Below, one piece after another: positions 25,477 through 40,133 of a stretch of DNA of 64,000 nucleotides (its first letter is position 1; every line of letters starts with the position of its first letter). The translations under genes were made by a program, and so were the position numbers. The DNA is from Octopus sinensis (Eukaryota): contig NC_043000.1 in NCBI RefSeq assembly GCF_006345805.1, forward strand, positions 84,754,001-84,818,000, in the 5' to 3' direction. The notes beneath the pieces were generated by a model. That model was not told the DNA's origin. It did not search any database and was given only the letters and a program-made list of their open reading frames with translations.

Positions 25477-27060
25477 AAAAGAAATTAGTTGCATAAATGA
25501 AGTGCAAATGCTTCAAGTGAAACTTGGGGAAATGAAATTCGCGTTCTCCATTCTCCGAGACCTTAGTTTCCTCTACGGCATTGGATATATCCTACAGGAT
25601 TAGTTATTTCTTTTATCGAAATATATTGTTCTTATCATGTATGGCAAAGAATGTTTTCTACGTCTTTTGTGAAAGCATTATGTACGTAAACGAAGGAATA
25701 CGTACTCGATCAGAGACTGAACTCCCATTGCAGAATTATATCTACTGTACTTAACATTATTCTGTAAACGAAAATTGTTAAGTTCTTAAAAAATAGTTTC
25801 AAATTTTGGCACAAGTAATTTTAGGGGACAAGTTTCGTCAATTTTATCGACCATAGCACTCAAATGACACTTAGCTTATCGATTCCGAACGAATGAACGG
25901 CAAAGTCGACATCGACATAATTTGAACTCAGAACATAAACAGCCAACAGAAATGCTGCGAAGCATTTTATCCGACGCACGAACGATTCTGCTAGATCACC
26001 GCTTTAATCAAGTCCTTAATAATCTTTCTACTATAAGTACAAGGCCTGAAATTTTGAAGGAAGAATCCAGTCGATTACATCGACCACAGCATTCAACTGG
26101 TACTTATTTTATCGATTTCCTAGGTGGGTGAAAGGAAAGGTCGACCTTGGCGAAATTTGAACTCAAAACGTAGAAAGCCAAAAGAAATGTCTCTAAGTAC
26201 TTTGCCCGATGCGATAATGAGTCCCCCAACCAGCTACATTAACTATGTTCTTAATAAAGTATCACAAAGTAGTACCTCACGACGTCTGATAAAATTATTT
26301 CCTTCCAACAACAGCACAACAGTTTTCTTAATTCGAAACGATATACCTTCTGGCTTCGATACTGATCTATTTACTACGGAAAAGAGAATGAAAACAATAT
26401 CTTGTATTTTTTATACTAAGGAATACATGATAACAATCTACAGTTTACGTTAGAGTTTTAGATCATCTAACACCTTAATCATGATTCTGACGACAAGCTT
26501 CTGTTACTTGAATGCGGCTGATGTTTAATTCATTTCTAAATATAGAGATAACATTGAAAAATTCTTTCTCGTATCTGCAGCATATATTCAACTATTTAAA
26601 TATGCAATTTAGCAGTTCCATATTACAAGCAGATATCATTAATTTCTCACTCATCTCTCAAAATGGAACAGAATCAGTTACATTGATACATTCATTGGTG
26701 ATAAAGATGTTGAAAAATATGATTTCAGTTAGTAAGTAAAGAAATATCAGGCGTCTAAGACATAAGAAGTAGGTTCCCAATGTATCAAATTTCTGATCTG
26801 ATTCTCCTCTTGAAGCCAGTTCACTCCCCTTACATCAAAAGAAAGGGAGAAAGAGGCAACCAGCCACGTCTCGTCGTTAAAATATATAAAACGAGTCCTT
26901 TAAGTAGAGATAAAGCGACTGCTTATATAAAAGAGTAATAACCATCTACGGATCATGCCTAATGTATTCACACAGAACAAATATTGCAGTAAGTGGTCTA
27001 TCGACAACATGTATACATTATGTATAATACGTACATGACTATATTAATTGAATATTTTTA

Positions 27061-27268
27061 ATTTTTGTTGTTTCAGTCATTAGATTGCGACCATACTGGA
27101 CTGCCACTTTGCAATATTGTTAATCGAATAGATTGAACCTGGTACTTTTTTAAACCTTATTCCATCGATATCTTATGCCGAACCGCTAGGTTATAGGGAC
27201 CTAAATACACTAGCACCAGTTGTCCCGCGGTGGTGGAGGGCAAATACAGCCACAAAGACCCCCCAATA

Positions 27269-27305
<37 letters not shown>

Positions 27306-27369
27306 TCACCTATGTGAATGTGTCTTTGCCACACACACACGCATGCACACACACACACACACACACACA

Positions 27370-27447
<78 letters not shown>

Positions 27448-27644
27448 TATATATATGTATGTATGTATATGCACGTATAAATACGACGGGCTTCTTTAAG
27501 TTTGCGTCAACCAAGTCCCGTCACAAGACTTTGGTCGGCTCGAGACTATAACAAAAGACATTTTCCCATCGTGCCACAAAGTGTCTCAAACCGGAAACAT
27601 GTTCTTGGGAAGCAAGCTTCTTACCACAGAGTCACTCCCGCGCT
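27061..27644 (-). mobile_element. SINE family A with expanded internal microsatellite
   Basis: Tail at 27061-27130, head GCAAGCTTCTTACCACAGAGTCACTCC at about 27613-27640. Confidence 0.85.
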
Positions 27645-28222
27645 GGGACAGTGGATAAAAATATATAATTTTAAAAAGAAATTGCGCAAAATCTCGCGAA
27701 TTCAAATACCGTCATAGTTAATCATAAATGTGTCTAATCAAGACACTTATTTGCAGATTGTCGCCCTTTTCTATGATATCCCTAAACTGGAACTCAGTTG
27801 CTTTCGGAGGTTAACATCACTAAACTAGCAACCTATTCAGAAAATGAGAACACTTCTGACTCATCTACTCCAAGGCGTGAAAATCAACATTTGCATACCT
27901 TGTGTGAAACGATCTTTTTGATTCTTTATCGTACTTTCTATTCTGTCCTTTTATTCCTTACAGAATAAATACACCCTTTCAGTTTTCTTCAAGCAAGCGT
28001 TGTTTCATGTTTCTTTTATATATTCTATTCTTAGTTACAAACGCTTTCCATTCAGTGATTCGCAAATATAATTCATTAGTACTAACTCCGGAAACAGAAT
28101 ATTGTGTAACGTTACGGCTACTTATCATTAATTAAATTCTTCTTTTCAGATTTAATTGGAGTAATTAACTGTATTTCATATATATCTTCTGACTGTGAAG
28201 TTTAGAGTGTGCGTACACACAC

Positions 28223-28264
<42 letters not shown>

Positions 28265-28272
28265 ACACACAC

Positions 28273-28356
<84 letters not shown>

Positions 28357-28438
28357 GTTGTGGGATGTGTGTATGCACAAGCGTGACTACAAATAAAAGT
28401 TAGAAGATATATATATGTCACCTCTAAAAGTATTGGTT

Positions 28439-28538
28439 CTGGGTTCAGTCCCACTGCGTGGCACTTTGGGCAGTTGTTTTTTACTTTAGCTTCGGGCCGA
28501 CCAAATCCTTGGGAGACGGCAACTGAAAGAAGCCCATC

Positions 28539-28571
<33 letters not shown>

Positions 28572-28760
28572 GTGTGTGTGTGTGTGTCTTTGTGCCTAAG
28601 TTTGACCCTCCACCACCATCGTCACCAGCACTTGACAACCGGTTCTGGTGCATTTACGTCCCCGCAACTTTGCGGTTCGGCTAAAGACTTTGATAGAATA
28701 AGTACGAGGCCTTAAGATAAATAAGTAATGAGGTCGATGCATTCGACTAAAAGTTCTTCA
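28439..28760 (+). mobile_element. SINE family A, 5'-truncated and lacking terminal tail
   Basis: CTGGGTTCAGTCCCACTGCGTGGCACTTTGGGCAG...CTTGACAACCGG. Confidence 0.85.
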
Positions 28761-28762
28761 AG

Positions 28763-28866
<104 letters not shown>

Positions 28867-29364
28867 GCGCGCGTATTTTCACTGTTTTTTTTTTACTGAA
28901 GACGATGTACTGGATTAACATCAAATAAAAACGAGAATATTTCCTTTCGTGATAACGTGTAGAGTGTGATCAGTACTGGATTGGTTCTTCCTCGCTGATA
29001 TAAAACATTCGTTTGTCGATTAATTTTATTTGAAAATAATTTTTTATCGTTTTTATTCATTTATTTTTCTATTTTATTATAGGCAATCTTTACGTAAAGT
29101 AGTGATTACGATAATCACTTTTTACACCATTGTAATGTTTGCAGAATTAAAACCTTAATTATAAGTAACCTATAAGTAACGCTCTAAGTATTATGACCTC
29201 CTTGTGTTAAAATGTAGGCTGTGACTTAGTGCGTAACACTAAACATTCATATGTTTTAGAGGCGAACAAGAACCAAGGAAAGAAGGATATAGTTGCTGAA
29301 GTATCTATTTATTAAAACATAGTTAGGTTTTCTGTTATACCCATTCCAACAGCTTTTACGTATC

Positions 29365-29770
29365 TATAGGTGGCTGTGTGGTAAGAAGGTTGCTTCTCAA
29401 CCACATGGTTCCGGGTTGAGTCCCATTACGCGACACCTTGTGTAACTCTCTTCTACTATAGCCTCGAGTCGACCAAAGCCTTGTGAGCAGATTTGGTAGA
29501 CGGAAACTGAAAGCCCGTCGTATATGTGTGTATGCGTATGTATATGTGTGTGTGTGTGTGCGCGTATGTTTCTGTAATTGTTCCCTACGACTACCTGACA
29601 ACCGGTGTTGGTGTGTTTATGCTTAGCGTTTCTGCAAAACAAATCGATAGCTTAAATCGAGGCTTTAAGAAACAAAATAAGTACTGGGATCGATTCATTC
29701 GATAAAAATTCCAGACGGTGTTCCAGCATGGCCGCAGTCTAATGACTGAAACAAATAAAAGATAGAAGAT
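29365..29770 (+). mobile_element. SINE family A, full length
   Basis: GGTGGCTGTGTGGTAAGAAGG...CCAGCATGGCCGCAGTCTAATGACTGAAACAAATAAAAG. Confidence 0.9.
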
Positions 29771-30984
29771 ATATATATATGTCACCTCTAAAAGTATTGG
29801 TTTCATTTCAAGGGTTTAGAGTTGACAGAATCTAGTACAGTTTTTATTAGTGTCAGATATCAAATAAAGTTGTGAAGTTACAGGAAGGATAGGGTAGGAT
29901 TTAGAAAATATATCCCAGAGGAATATTACCCAGGAACACCACCTGCATTAAAATCAATAGTTAAGTGAGCATTAGCATATTTAATGCAGTGAGTATTAAA
30001 TGCACTAGTTAGAAATAATTCTTTCAACAGTAGGTGCAAGTCTTTTGGGGGAGCGAAATAGTCGACTATATCGGCCCCCAGAGTGCAACTGTCACTTATT
30101 TTATCGGCCCCGAAAGGATGAAAGGCAAAGTCAACCTCGGTGGCATTTGAACTCAGAACGCAAAGCGGGAAGAATACCGCTTGCTAATGACAATTTTAAT
30201 TGGTTACTAATAATAATTTAAATAGTCCGACAAGTACGAAAGAAAACTCCAAGAATATTTAGATCGTATTATGTCGTCCTCAATGGAATGAAGTACATAT
30301 TTTACAGTACTTACAGCAATGATGAAAGTATTTTTACGTTCTGAATTTAAAACCTGCCAAAGCCCATTCTAGTTGTTCATCCCTCCAAGTTCTATAAAAT
30401 AGAGTGACCAGCCAAGAACTGGTGGAGAATTTAAATGACTGGACCTACCTTAAGCACGTTTTACTTTGTATATTTGAAAACAGAAGGGGTCTTTAGATGT
30501 CCCATCAAAAAGCAGCGCCACTATAGAAATTAAAAGAGCATTGAAAATTTTATGCAATCAGACAAGGTCAAATTCATTTCAGTAAACACAAACCTCAGCA
30601 GTAAAAGCAACTAACACACACATCAAGTATAATACAGGGTGTAAACGTGCAGAGTATATATTTTCTCCTTGATGAGATTTTAACTGGATTCGGTTTTGAG
30701 GTCCTGGTTTGAGAGTTCAGGGTTTTTAGGGAGTGTGGTACCACTTTTTAACGACTATTGTTCCTAGGTCTATTCTAACGTAGAATAACAGCACCTATAA
30801 GGGTCCCAGCCATGGGTTAATTAGCATATTAGGGCTTACCTACCTATGCATGTGAAGACTGAATCCGGCGGACTCTGTAGAAGAAACGTTCAGGATTCAG
30901 CGGAGGGGAAAACAGCTGCATCAACGCATTTTGGTGTGTAGAAAGCAAGATGAGGTAGGCAAGACATCATATCTTTTTACTGCC

Positions 30985-31540
30985 CACAAAGGGCTAAACA
31001 TAGAGACGACAATCAAGGACAGACAAACGGATTAAGTCGATTATATCGACCCCAGTGCGTAACTGGTACTTATTTAATCGACCTCGAAAGAATGAAAGGC
31101 AAAGTCGACCTCGGCGGAATTTGAACTCAGAATGTAACGGCAGACGAAATACCTCTTTCTTTACGACCCACAAGGGGTTAAACACAGAGGGAACAAACAA
31201 GGACAGACTAACGGATTAAGTCGATTATATCGACCCCATGCGAAAGGATGAAAGGCAAAGTCGACCTCGGCGGAATTTAAACTCAGAACGTAACGGCAAA
31301 CGAAATACCTATTTCTTTATTACCCACAAGGGGCTAAACACAGAGGGGACAAACAAGGACAGACATAGGTATTAAGTCGATTACATCGACCCCAGTGCGT
31401 AACTGGTACTTAATTTATCGACCCCGAAAGGCTGAAAGGCAAAGTCGACCTCGGCGGAATTTGAACTCACAACGTAACGCAGACGAAATACCGCTAAGCA
31501 TTTCGCCCGGCGTGCTAACGTTTCTGCCAGCTCGCCGCCT
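30985..31540 (-). mobile_element. SINE family B, trimeric core
   Basis: Three AAAGGCAAAGTCGACCTCGGCGGAATTT blocks; head revcomp CCAGCTCGCCGCCTT at about 31527-31541. Confidence 0.92.
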
Positions 31541-32638
31541 TGGTCATCATGGTCATCCAGTGCATCTGTCTCCATCCCCAGTCATCTTGACCTGATCTTA
31601 CTACTAGATTGAAGATGGTCACGAATGAGAGAATGAGGCTGGTGGTGTGCAACTCTTCTGCACTTTAAACAAAGTCACAGCACAAGTCATTGGCCATCCT
31701 TAAAGATGACTAGTTGGTCCTCGTCGCTTTAACGGACAAAAACGACAGAATATATCAATAGATTATATGTTATTCATAGATATATTCTGTAGTACATTTA
31801 AACACTGCAGTATACTTTTTGTTTGTGCTCGTGTTTCTTGTTTTCCCTAGTGAGGTTTGTGTTTAATTATTTAATTAAACTTGGATTTTTGTGATTCTAC
31901 ATCATATTTGAAAATCCATTATCAACTTGTATTTTCTATGTTTTGTTAATTACTATCGTGGCGCTATTTTCGTGGAGAAATATCTAACTACTCTTCTCAA
32001 TAGAAATTTTATAAATGTTCGTGAATTACCACTATTACTATTTATGTGTACAATCTCTCCTTTTATTCATTGTTTTTTTTTAAATACATATGTGTGTAAT
32101 ACTGTATGTATCAGTAGTTTCTCATTCATCCTAAAAATGAATCCCCTGCATCACATCATTTTTTTTTTTACTTTTGTCGTTACATTAAATATACATGTAA
32201 GTGAATGTGGGATCTTAGAAAATATATACTAGATATTCATGTTGAGAATGTAACACTAAAACACCAATAAATACATATAGATACATGAATAGCTACATAT
32301 ATTGGAAACTTTAGTTATAAATTTCCTGCTGAGAAAGGCCTTTATAATCTCCTCCGCAAAAGAATTTCTTAATAAAGGCCAGGTGATAGCAAATGAGACA
32401 GAGACGCATCAACGTTCCCATATTTCCTGCCTCTAATGACAATGGCAACAAAAAACTGCAACAGAAAGCATTTCATTGCGAAGATGACAGCAGCAGTCTC
32501 TTGCTGAACCTAACACAGCGTCTCAAACAAAATGGAAGGCACTGAGAAGAGAATATAAATTAAATGAATCTTTGTTGTGTTTTCGATAATACATAACACA
32601 CACACACACACATGCATATGTGCATATGTATGTATGTA

Positions 32639-32669
<31 letters not shown>

Positions 32670-32813
32670 ATGTATGTATGTATGTATGTATGTATGTATG
32701 TATGTATGCATGCATCTCTATATACATATATATATATGTGTATATGCATATATGGTTGCATATTTATGCATATATATGCTTATATATACGTATATATGAT
32801 CGTATATATATAT

Positions 32814-32844
<31 letters not shown>

Positions 32845-32847
32845 TGA

Positions 32848-32919
<72 letters not shown>

Positions 32920-33038
32920 GAGCATATACATATATGCGTGTGTGTGTGTATATATATATATAATATATATATATACACACACAAATGAGTGTGTAAGTAT
33001 GTGCGTATATATTATATATAAAGAGAAAGCGAGTGGGG

Positions 33039-33094
<56 letters not shown>

Positions 33095-33357
33095 GTAAGA
33101 GCGACGTACTTCCAAATCCTCACAAACATATTGAATAACTTTATCAAATTCCTGAAACATTGTTATAAGAACCATATGTTTACGAACAACAAAGATCGGA
33201 CACGAAAGAACAGACCGTCCTCACGCAATATATCACTAAGACAAAGGAAAAATATCTTGCCACAGCGCACATAAACTTGCCATAAATACCGAAGCGAAAG
33301 CGTTAGACACATTCCTAAAATATAATACTGTAAGGACAGCCTCCCTATGCAGTCCAC

Positions 33358-33381
33358 TTAGGGTTAGGGTTAAGGTTAAGG
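33358..33381 (+). repeat. Short telomere-like (TTAGGG)2(TTAAGG)2
   Basis: Direct reading. Confidence 0.7.
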
Positions 33382-33959
33382 ACCACAAGACCAAATTCTG
33401 GGGTAACTTCATTTCACAAAAGTTGAAGGTTAATTCCCCTAAACTGAAGTGATGATAGATATTAAGTGTAAGTCGACACTTATCCATCTGAAAATTCGAT
33501 ATATTGTGATAGGAGGACAATGGAAGTTCACTGCTATTGCTATGAAGATATTTCCAAACAAAGCAAAATAGCCTACAGATTCATCCAATTCGATATCATT
33601 TACATTTTAGTTCCTTCATATTTTCTAAATCGCTTCTCCTGTAAACCTCGGTATTTGTTAAAGAGTTCACCAAATTAAGAGATCTTGTCGTGAATAGATT
33701 AATGAACTCTGGGAAATTACCGAGAGTCCAGAATGAGATGATTCCACCTGAGTTGAAAAGAATGTCGATGAAGCTATGATTGCACTGCTGTGGCAGGTCT
33801 TGTCGAATTGCTTACCTTTGACACATTTAGAGAACACACACACATGTATTTTTCTTTTTTCTTTTTCTTCATTTTGTGGATTCATCCCGAAGGCAGCGGC
33901 TATGCTGGGGCACCGCTGTTTTCTTTGTTACACTTTCACTAAACCTCCTCCAATGTGTG

Positions 33960-34190
33960 GAATTTGGTGAATAAGGGAGTTTGATGTTGCTGTGCTCATC
34001 TGTGTTTCTGCTTGAGGTAGCTTGATCCGGAACTCTTGACAGGAGGAGATCCCATTTTGTTTTGAAGACGCCTACATCCATCCCATATAGGCTTTGCAGG
34101 AGGATATTGAAGCGCTGTGATCCCTTGAAACCCAAGCTGTTGCAGTATCTAGACCTGTATCCTAATGGCAATGTTGGGATTTTTAGTGTG
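33960..34190 (-). mobile_element. CR1/L2-type LINE 3' fragment
   Basis: YCNSLGFKGSQRFNIL..DVGVFKTKWDLLLSRVPD..ATSNSLIHQI, resembling the C-terminus after the RT domain. Confidence 0.65.
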
Positions 34191-34526
34191 TATATATAGC
34201 AACAAATTTGAACCCCTTAGCGCTCCTATTCCGTATTATATTTACGGCAAACCACCGATCAGCGCAACTGGTCACAATACGATAACGGGAATATAAGACG
34301 TATCTATTTCTTGTCAGTTCTTTATGTTACCCTTTCTGGTGTCAGATTCTGGGGAGGAGATAAGCACTCCGAAATGCATGCATCCATCAGTATGATTGGA
34401 GGGCACTTTGATTTCACTTGGAGTGTCTACACTTATTTGTCTGCAGTGAGAAATATTTTCCATGACAGAATACAATGAATGGCTTACTTACGTGTTCGAA
34501 TATATCTCGAGCATTTTTCGACTGGT

Positions 34527-34651
<125 letters not shown>

Positions 34652-34654
34652 CGT

Positions 34655-34830
34655 TAGCCACTACACACATTTTTTCTCTCCTTTTTTCTCTCTTTGTTTT
34701 TTTCTGTGTCCCTTTCTGTAGAAGAGCGTAGGCTCGAAACATAAAAAACTTTTTCTATTCCTGAGCGTTATACTAATACATCTGTTTGTTTTGTACACCA
34801 CCTGTCTTCGTCTTTTTTTTCGTAAACTCT
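34655..34830 (+). mobile_element. Hammerhead-bearing short repeat (copy 2 of 3)
   Basis: CTGTAGAA-GAGC GTAG GCTC-GAAAC at 34716-34740; shared downstream CTGAGCGT..ACTAATACA..CACCTGTCTTCGTC. Confidence 0.7.
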
Positions 34831-34873
<43 letters not shown>

Positions 34874-35035
34874 TATGTATGTATGTATAATTGTTGAACC
34901 GGACGTCAAACATTAAGGCAAGGCAAACATCTCAAGTCATATACAATATTATTATAAGAAGAAATTCAAAATCAGTTACAGCACTTACCTAGCGTACCTA
35001 ATCCTTTAGATCACCTGTGAACTAAACCCTCATAT

Positions 35036-35095
<60 letters not shown>

Positions 35096-35260
35096 AAATT
35101 AGAAAACGGAGAAACATACTTACATCAATCAAACATCAACCATCAGATAATACCCAATCAATACTTTATTACACCATTACATAACAGCAAAGACATTATA
35201 CAAAATATATTGTAAATATAATTAGACAAGGAAATAGAAATATAAAATACAATTACATCA

Positions 35261-35375
35261 TATCTGACAGCTGTTTCGGCCGTGAGGACAAGTATGTCTC
35301 ATTTAACCTATAAGCCATATAAGGCAGGTATAAATGAGACATTAACAAGGATGTCCCACGGTCTCTTCAGAATCC
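35261..35375 (-). ncRNA. Hammerhead ribozyme-like motif with ~85-nt extended stem II
   Basis: CTGAAGA-GACCGTGGGACA...TGTCCTCACGGCC-GAAA-C AGCT G-TC; inner 11-bp helix TGTCTCATTTA/TAAATGAGACA; stem I weak. Confidence 0.6.
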
Positions 35376-35470
35376 TTTAAATTCGTTTATGGGAAACGTT
35401 TTTGGGTAGGCATATAAAGTTCCTATTTTATTATGCTGGTTACTGCCTGCCGATATAACGTATTATAAAT

Positions 35471-35558
<88 letters not shown>

Positions 35559-36309
35559 AATCCATAGATGGAATTTATATATATTTTAATACATCGCTGT
35601 GCGCGTTTCTACAAAACACTTGTTTCTTACGTCCATAGTCTGTATTGCTGGGATGATTACGGTACAATCCGTAATATCCAGGGATATCACGTGTATCTTA
35701 GTTCATGCGTTCATATCTGTTGGTAATATGGCATTAAAGTTGGAAGAGATGAATGTATAACTGAAGGCTGTTTATCAATTTTCACCACTCAAAGGTTCAT
35801 TGGGATATGCGGGCAGTTCTGTGTGTATTTGGTAAGGAGAAAAGGTGATGGAAAGAGAGAAAGAAATGTTAATGATAAAGGAGAAGTATGAGTGTGTGAT
35901 GAGCCCATACTTGTTTTGATATTTATGTGTGCATATGTTGGGATAGGTAATATAGGTCATTGGTTTGACCTTAGTCACAGCAGGCATTTCCTCAATGAAT
36001 TCAGATGTTGTAGGACCAGAAAGCAAACTGTGTTTTCGGTGTTGAAGTTCATTGTCTGAGTTGACAAATGATGTTTCGTCAGCCTTCACCTTTCAAAAGA
36101 CATTATCTAAACGCTCATGTCTCATTAGTATAGTTTACGTGTGTGAAACTCCAAGTATCAAAATAGAGCACCAGCAACTTTTAACACACACACATAACCA
36201 CACACATACACAACATACATACACATGCATAGATTTACCTACACAAACATACATACACACACACGCACCAACACGCACACACACACACGCACACACACTC
36301 ACACTCATA

Positions 36310-37569
36310 CAGGAATTGAACAAAATAATGGAAACACCTAGCATCATAGCATCATAATTTTGAAATATCTATAAAACCGTCAAAAGCTTGTTTATTTTTA
36401 TGTGTTTTGATTTATTATTAGTATTGCTTAATATGTTTTGCTGTTCTTTTCAGATATCATCAGTAAAAGCTAACTGAAAATCATTAAAATTACAGATCTA
36501 TCGGAATTTCAAAGAGGTCAAATTGTTGGTGCTCGTATAGCAGGCGCTAGCGTAACGAAAAGAGCCGAAATGTTTGGTGTATCAAGAAGTACTGTCTCGG
36601 AAGTAATGACAGCCTTTGAGAAAGAGGGAAAAACCTCCTCGTCGAAACAAAACTCAGAAAGAAAACCAAAGCTTTCAGATAGGGACCGTCGGACTCTTAA
36701 ACGAATTGTTAGAAAGGATCACAAAAGTACAGCTACCAAAATTACTGCAGAGCTTAATGACCACCTCGAGAACCCAGTTTCCACAAAAACTGTTCGCTGG
36801 GAGCTGCACAAAGTCGGATTTCATGGGAGGGCTGCAATCAGAAAGCCACTACTTTCAAAAACAAACGTTGCGAAGCATTTAGCGTGGAGTAAAAACCTAC
36901 AGAATTATTCCCTAGAGCAGTGGAAGAATATTTTCTCTGACGAGTCATCCTTTCTTTTATTTCCGACCACCGGCCAAGTAAACGTGTGTAGACAGCCAAA
37001 AGAAGCATTTGATCCAGACTGCCTTCTTCCAACTGTTAAACATGGAGGAGGATCTATCATGATCTGGGGGGCTATATCTTGAAAATTCGCCGGCCCAATG
37101 TTTTCCCTTCATGGCAGAATTAATAGTCAAGACTATTTAAGCATATTATTTCATCAAATTCATCCTATGGTTGCGGAACTGTTTCCGGAGGGAAATGCAA
37201 CCTTTCAGGATGATAATGCATCAATTCACACAGCTGAAGTTGTTACTGAATTGCACGAGGAACATTCTAGTGAAGTTGAACAACTTATCTGGCCATCACA
37301 GACCCCAGATCTCAATATTATTAAACATTTATGGTGCATTTTAGAAAAACAAGTAAGGAGTCGATATTTTCCACCATCATCACTACAAGAACTGGAGACT
37401 GTTTTAACTGAAGAATGAACAAAAATTGCTTTGGAAATAATTCAAAATTTGTACGACTCTATACCTCGTAGAATTCAAGCTGTAATTACTGCCAAAGGCG
37501 GTCCTACCCCATTTTAAAATAAATTTGTTTGAAATTTTAAGGTGCTTCCTTTATTTTGTCCAATCCTTG
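36310..37569 (+). mobile_element. Tc1-family DNA transposon, full length, inactive
   Basis: TIRs TACAGGAATTGAACAAAATAATGGAAACACCT (36308-39) vs revcomp of 37540-71 (27/32 identical including the TA TSD). Confidence 0.95.
36489..37517 (+). pseudogene. Tc1 transposase pseudogene
   Basis: HTH region, FSDES, TVKHGGGSIMIWG, FQDDNA, PDLNIIKHLW (catalytic E appears as K). Start ATG appears as ATT; TGA stops at 37080 and 37416. Confidence 0.93.
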
Positions 37570-37607
37570 TACAGATGAATAGGCTCAAATGTACATAGAT
37601 TAACAGA

Positions 37608-37735
<128 letters not shown>

Positions 37736-38544
37736 GTGGCTGTTGTGTGTGTGCGTATGTGTATATGTGTAGTTTTTAACTTCGCTGCAATGAATTTATT
37801 TGTTGAAAGTGTTCTTTGTACCTTGAAATATAGCATAGAAACAAGCTAATATGCGTGGGTGTACTGGCATATATTGAAATTTATCATACATATGTGTATA
37901 CATATAGAGAATTTGCTTTAAATAATTAATGAGCTTTTGAACTTGCGTAGTGTACATCTGGGTTACATGAGGATTGGTATAGCATTCGTCTTTACCCAAA
38001 TGGACGCTATAGGGATAAATTCGGTAAATGACTATTTAGACATGCAACAATACTATATGGGAATGAATCAGAGAAGACGGCCGTTGTTCTAATGTTAATT
38101 ATCCTCATACAATAACATATTGGTGATCTGACTAACTAATATCATGTAGGGGTACGATGAAAGTAATTATCCAAAACCTACTTTGAAAATGTTAGCTACT
38201 AAAACAAGGAGTAACAAATAATACAAAGAAAAATATTCTAATAATTAGGACGGCAATATATTGCAATATTTGATATCGACCTGCAATATATGTTTTACAT
38301 GTGGTCGGAACTGTTATAATGATATCAGGTTATAAACAACCGTGTAAGCAGTAAAAATGTCAATAAAATAACGGTAGATAATTAGAGACGCAAGCTTCGA
38401 TGACGAAGGAATGATATATAACATAGTCTGAATGCGATAACGCTACGAAATAGATATACAGCAAATATGTAATGCCATAAAATAAGCATATGACACGCAT
38501 ATACATCACAAATTATATATGTATGTGTGTATGAGTGTGTATGC

Positions 38545-38575
<31 letters not shown>

Positions 38576-38607
38576 TGTATGTATGTACGTACGTATGTAT
38601 GTATGTA

Positions 38608-38714
<107 letters not shown>

Positions 38715-39019
38715 TATATATATATTATATATAATGGGAGGCACATTCTTGTGTAATTATTTAGGCATTTGGATGAAATCGTGTGTCCTATAAAGTTTTT
38801 AATACCACACCTGTTTTCAGCTTATTATTTCTTTCTATACACCGCCGCGCACACACATATATACACACTCACAAACATATGTTCGAGTGTGCATGTGCGT
38901 GTCTGTGTGCGCGCGCGTATGCATGTATATACACATAGATGCATACATACATACATACATACATACATACATACATACATACATACATACATACATACAT
39001 AAATACATACATACATACA

Positions 39020-39325
39020 CACGCCAGGCTTCTTTCAGTTAGCAAAACCACTCAAAAAGCTCTGACCTGGGGTTATAGTAGAAGACACATGCCTGATGTG
39101 CCACGTAGAAGGACGGCACCCTGAACCATGTCCTCGGGAAGCAAACTGCCACGCCTGCACCTATATTCTTTCACTTTCTTCTTTCAGGTATTGAACTGCA
39201 GCCATGTTGGAGCACTGCCTTAAAGGGTTTAGACGAACAAATCGACCCTAATACTAATTCTAAGTTGGTAGTAATTCTAATGATATATTTCACTGATCAG
39301 CTAAGTTACGGGAGATAAACACCAG
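39020..39325 (-). mobile_element. SINE family A fragments (5' half of one copy, 3' half of another)
   Basis: GGCTTCTTTCAGTT..ATAGTAGAAGACAC..CCACGCCTGCACC, then TTGAACTGCAGCCATGTTGGAGCAC. Confidence 0.75.
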
Positions 39326-39749
39326 TAATGTTGTTGATTTGGATCAGAATAGAAATACAATATCCAAAAATAGGTTCGAGAAAAAAATAAAGATGCAATG
39401 AAACTTATCGTCACTTAGTGAGAAATGATCAAAGGATACAATATTTCAAACATTGCTGCTTTGACATAGTAAAAAAAAGGAATCTCAAAAAGCGGGGAAA
39501 GGTAGAGAGCATTGTTTTATTACAGCGAAGACACGAATGGTGAATGGAAAAAAGGCAGAAGTGGGTAAGGAACAAGCGTGTAGAGTGATGTTCTACATCC
39601 GAAAGAGTGAGATCAAGAAGAGATAAGAAGTATTGACTGGTGAGCATAGGTTTAAGGAAACAAAGACATCGTGTATGCATGCATAAGTAGGAGATTTGGT
39701 GAATGAGTCTATGTTGGTATTTCTGTTCTGTGGTGTAGAATCATTGTCG

Positions 39750-40133
39750 TTCGTACTTGTTTCAGTCATTAAACTGAGGCCATACTGGAGCACCGCCTTG
39801 AAGAATGTTTAGTCGAATGAATCTACCCCAGTACTTAATTTTTTTTCTTTCCTTTTTTTTTTTTGCTAAGCCGGGTACTTATTCTATCAGTTTCTTTTGC
39901 CGAACTAAGTTATGGGGATATAAGCACAGCAATACCGGGGTTGTCAAGCGGTGGTGGGGACAAACAAAAACACACGCACACACACAGATATATATATATG
40001 ACGGGCTTCTTCCAGTTTTCGTCTACCAAATCAACTCGCAAAGTTTTGGTCGGTCCCAGTCTATAGTAGAAGACACTTCCCCAAGGTGTCACGCGGAACC
40101 ATGTGGTTAGAAAGCAAGCTTCTTACCACACAG
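39750..40133 (-). mobile_element. SINE family A interrupted in its head by a hAT insertion (remaining head at 41744-41761)
   Basis: AAGCAAGCTTCTTACCACACAG | hAT | CCACACAGCAGCGCCTA. Confidence 0.9.

Noticed and set aside
30860-30900. CTGAATCC/GGATTCAG 8-bp inverted repeat around GAAACGTT
   Set aside because: Topology does not fit a hammerhead; a short stem is expected by chance.
30985-31540. Regularly spaced repeats as a CRISPR-like array
   Set aside because: Units are 150-200-bp SINE cores with repeated, not unique, spacers; eukaryotic context and no cas genes.
33358-33381. Telomere fusion or interstitial telomere remnant
   Set aside because: Only four units, two of them variant; such short runs are common inside transposon-derived repeats.
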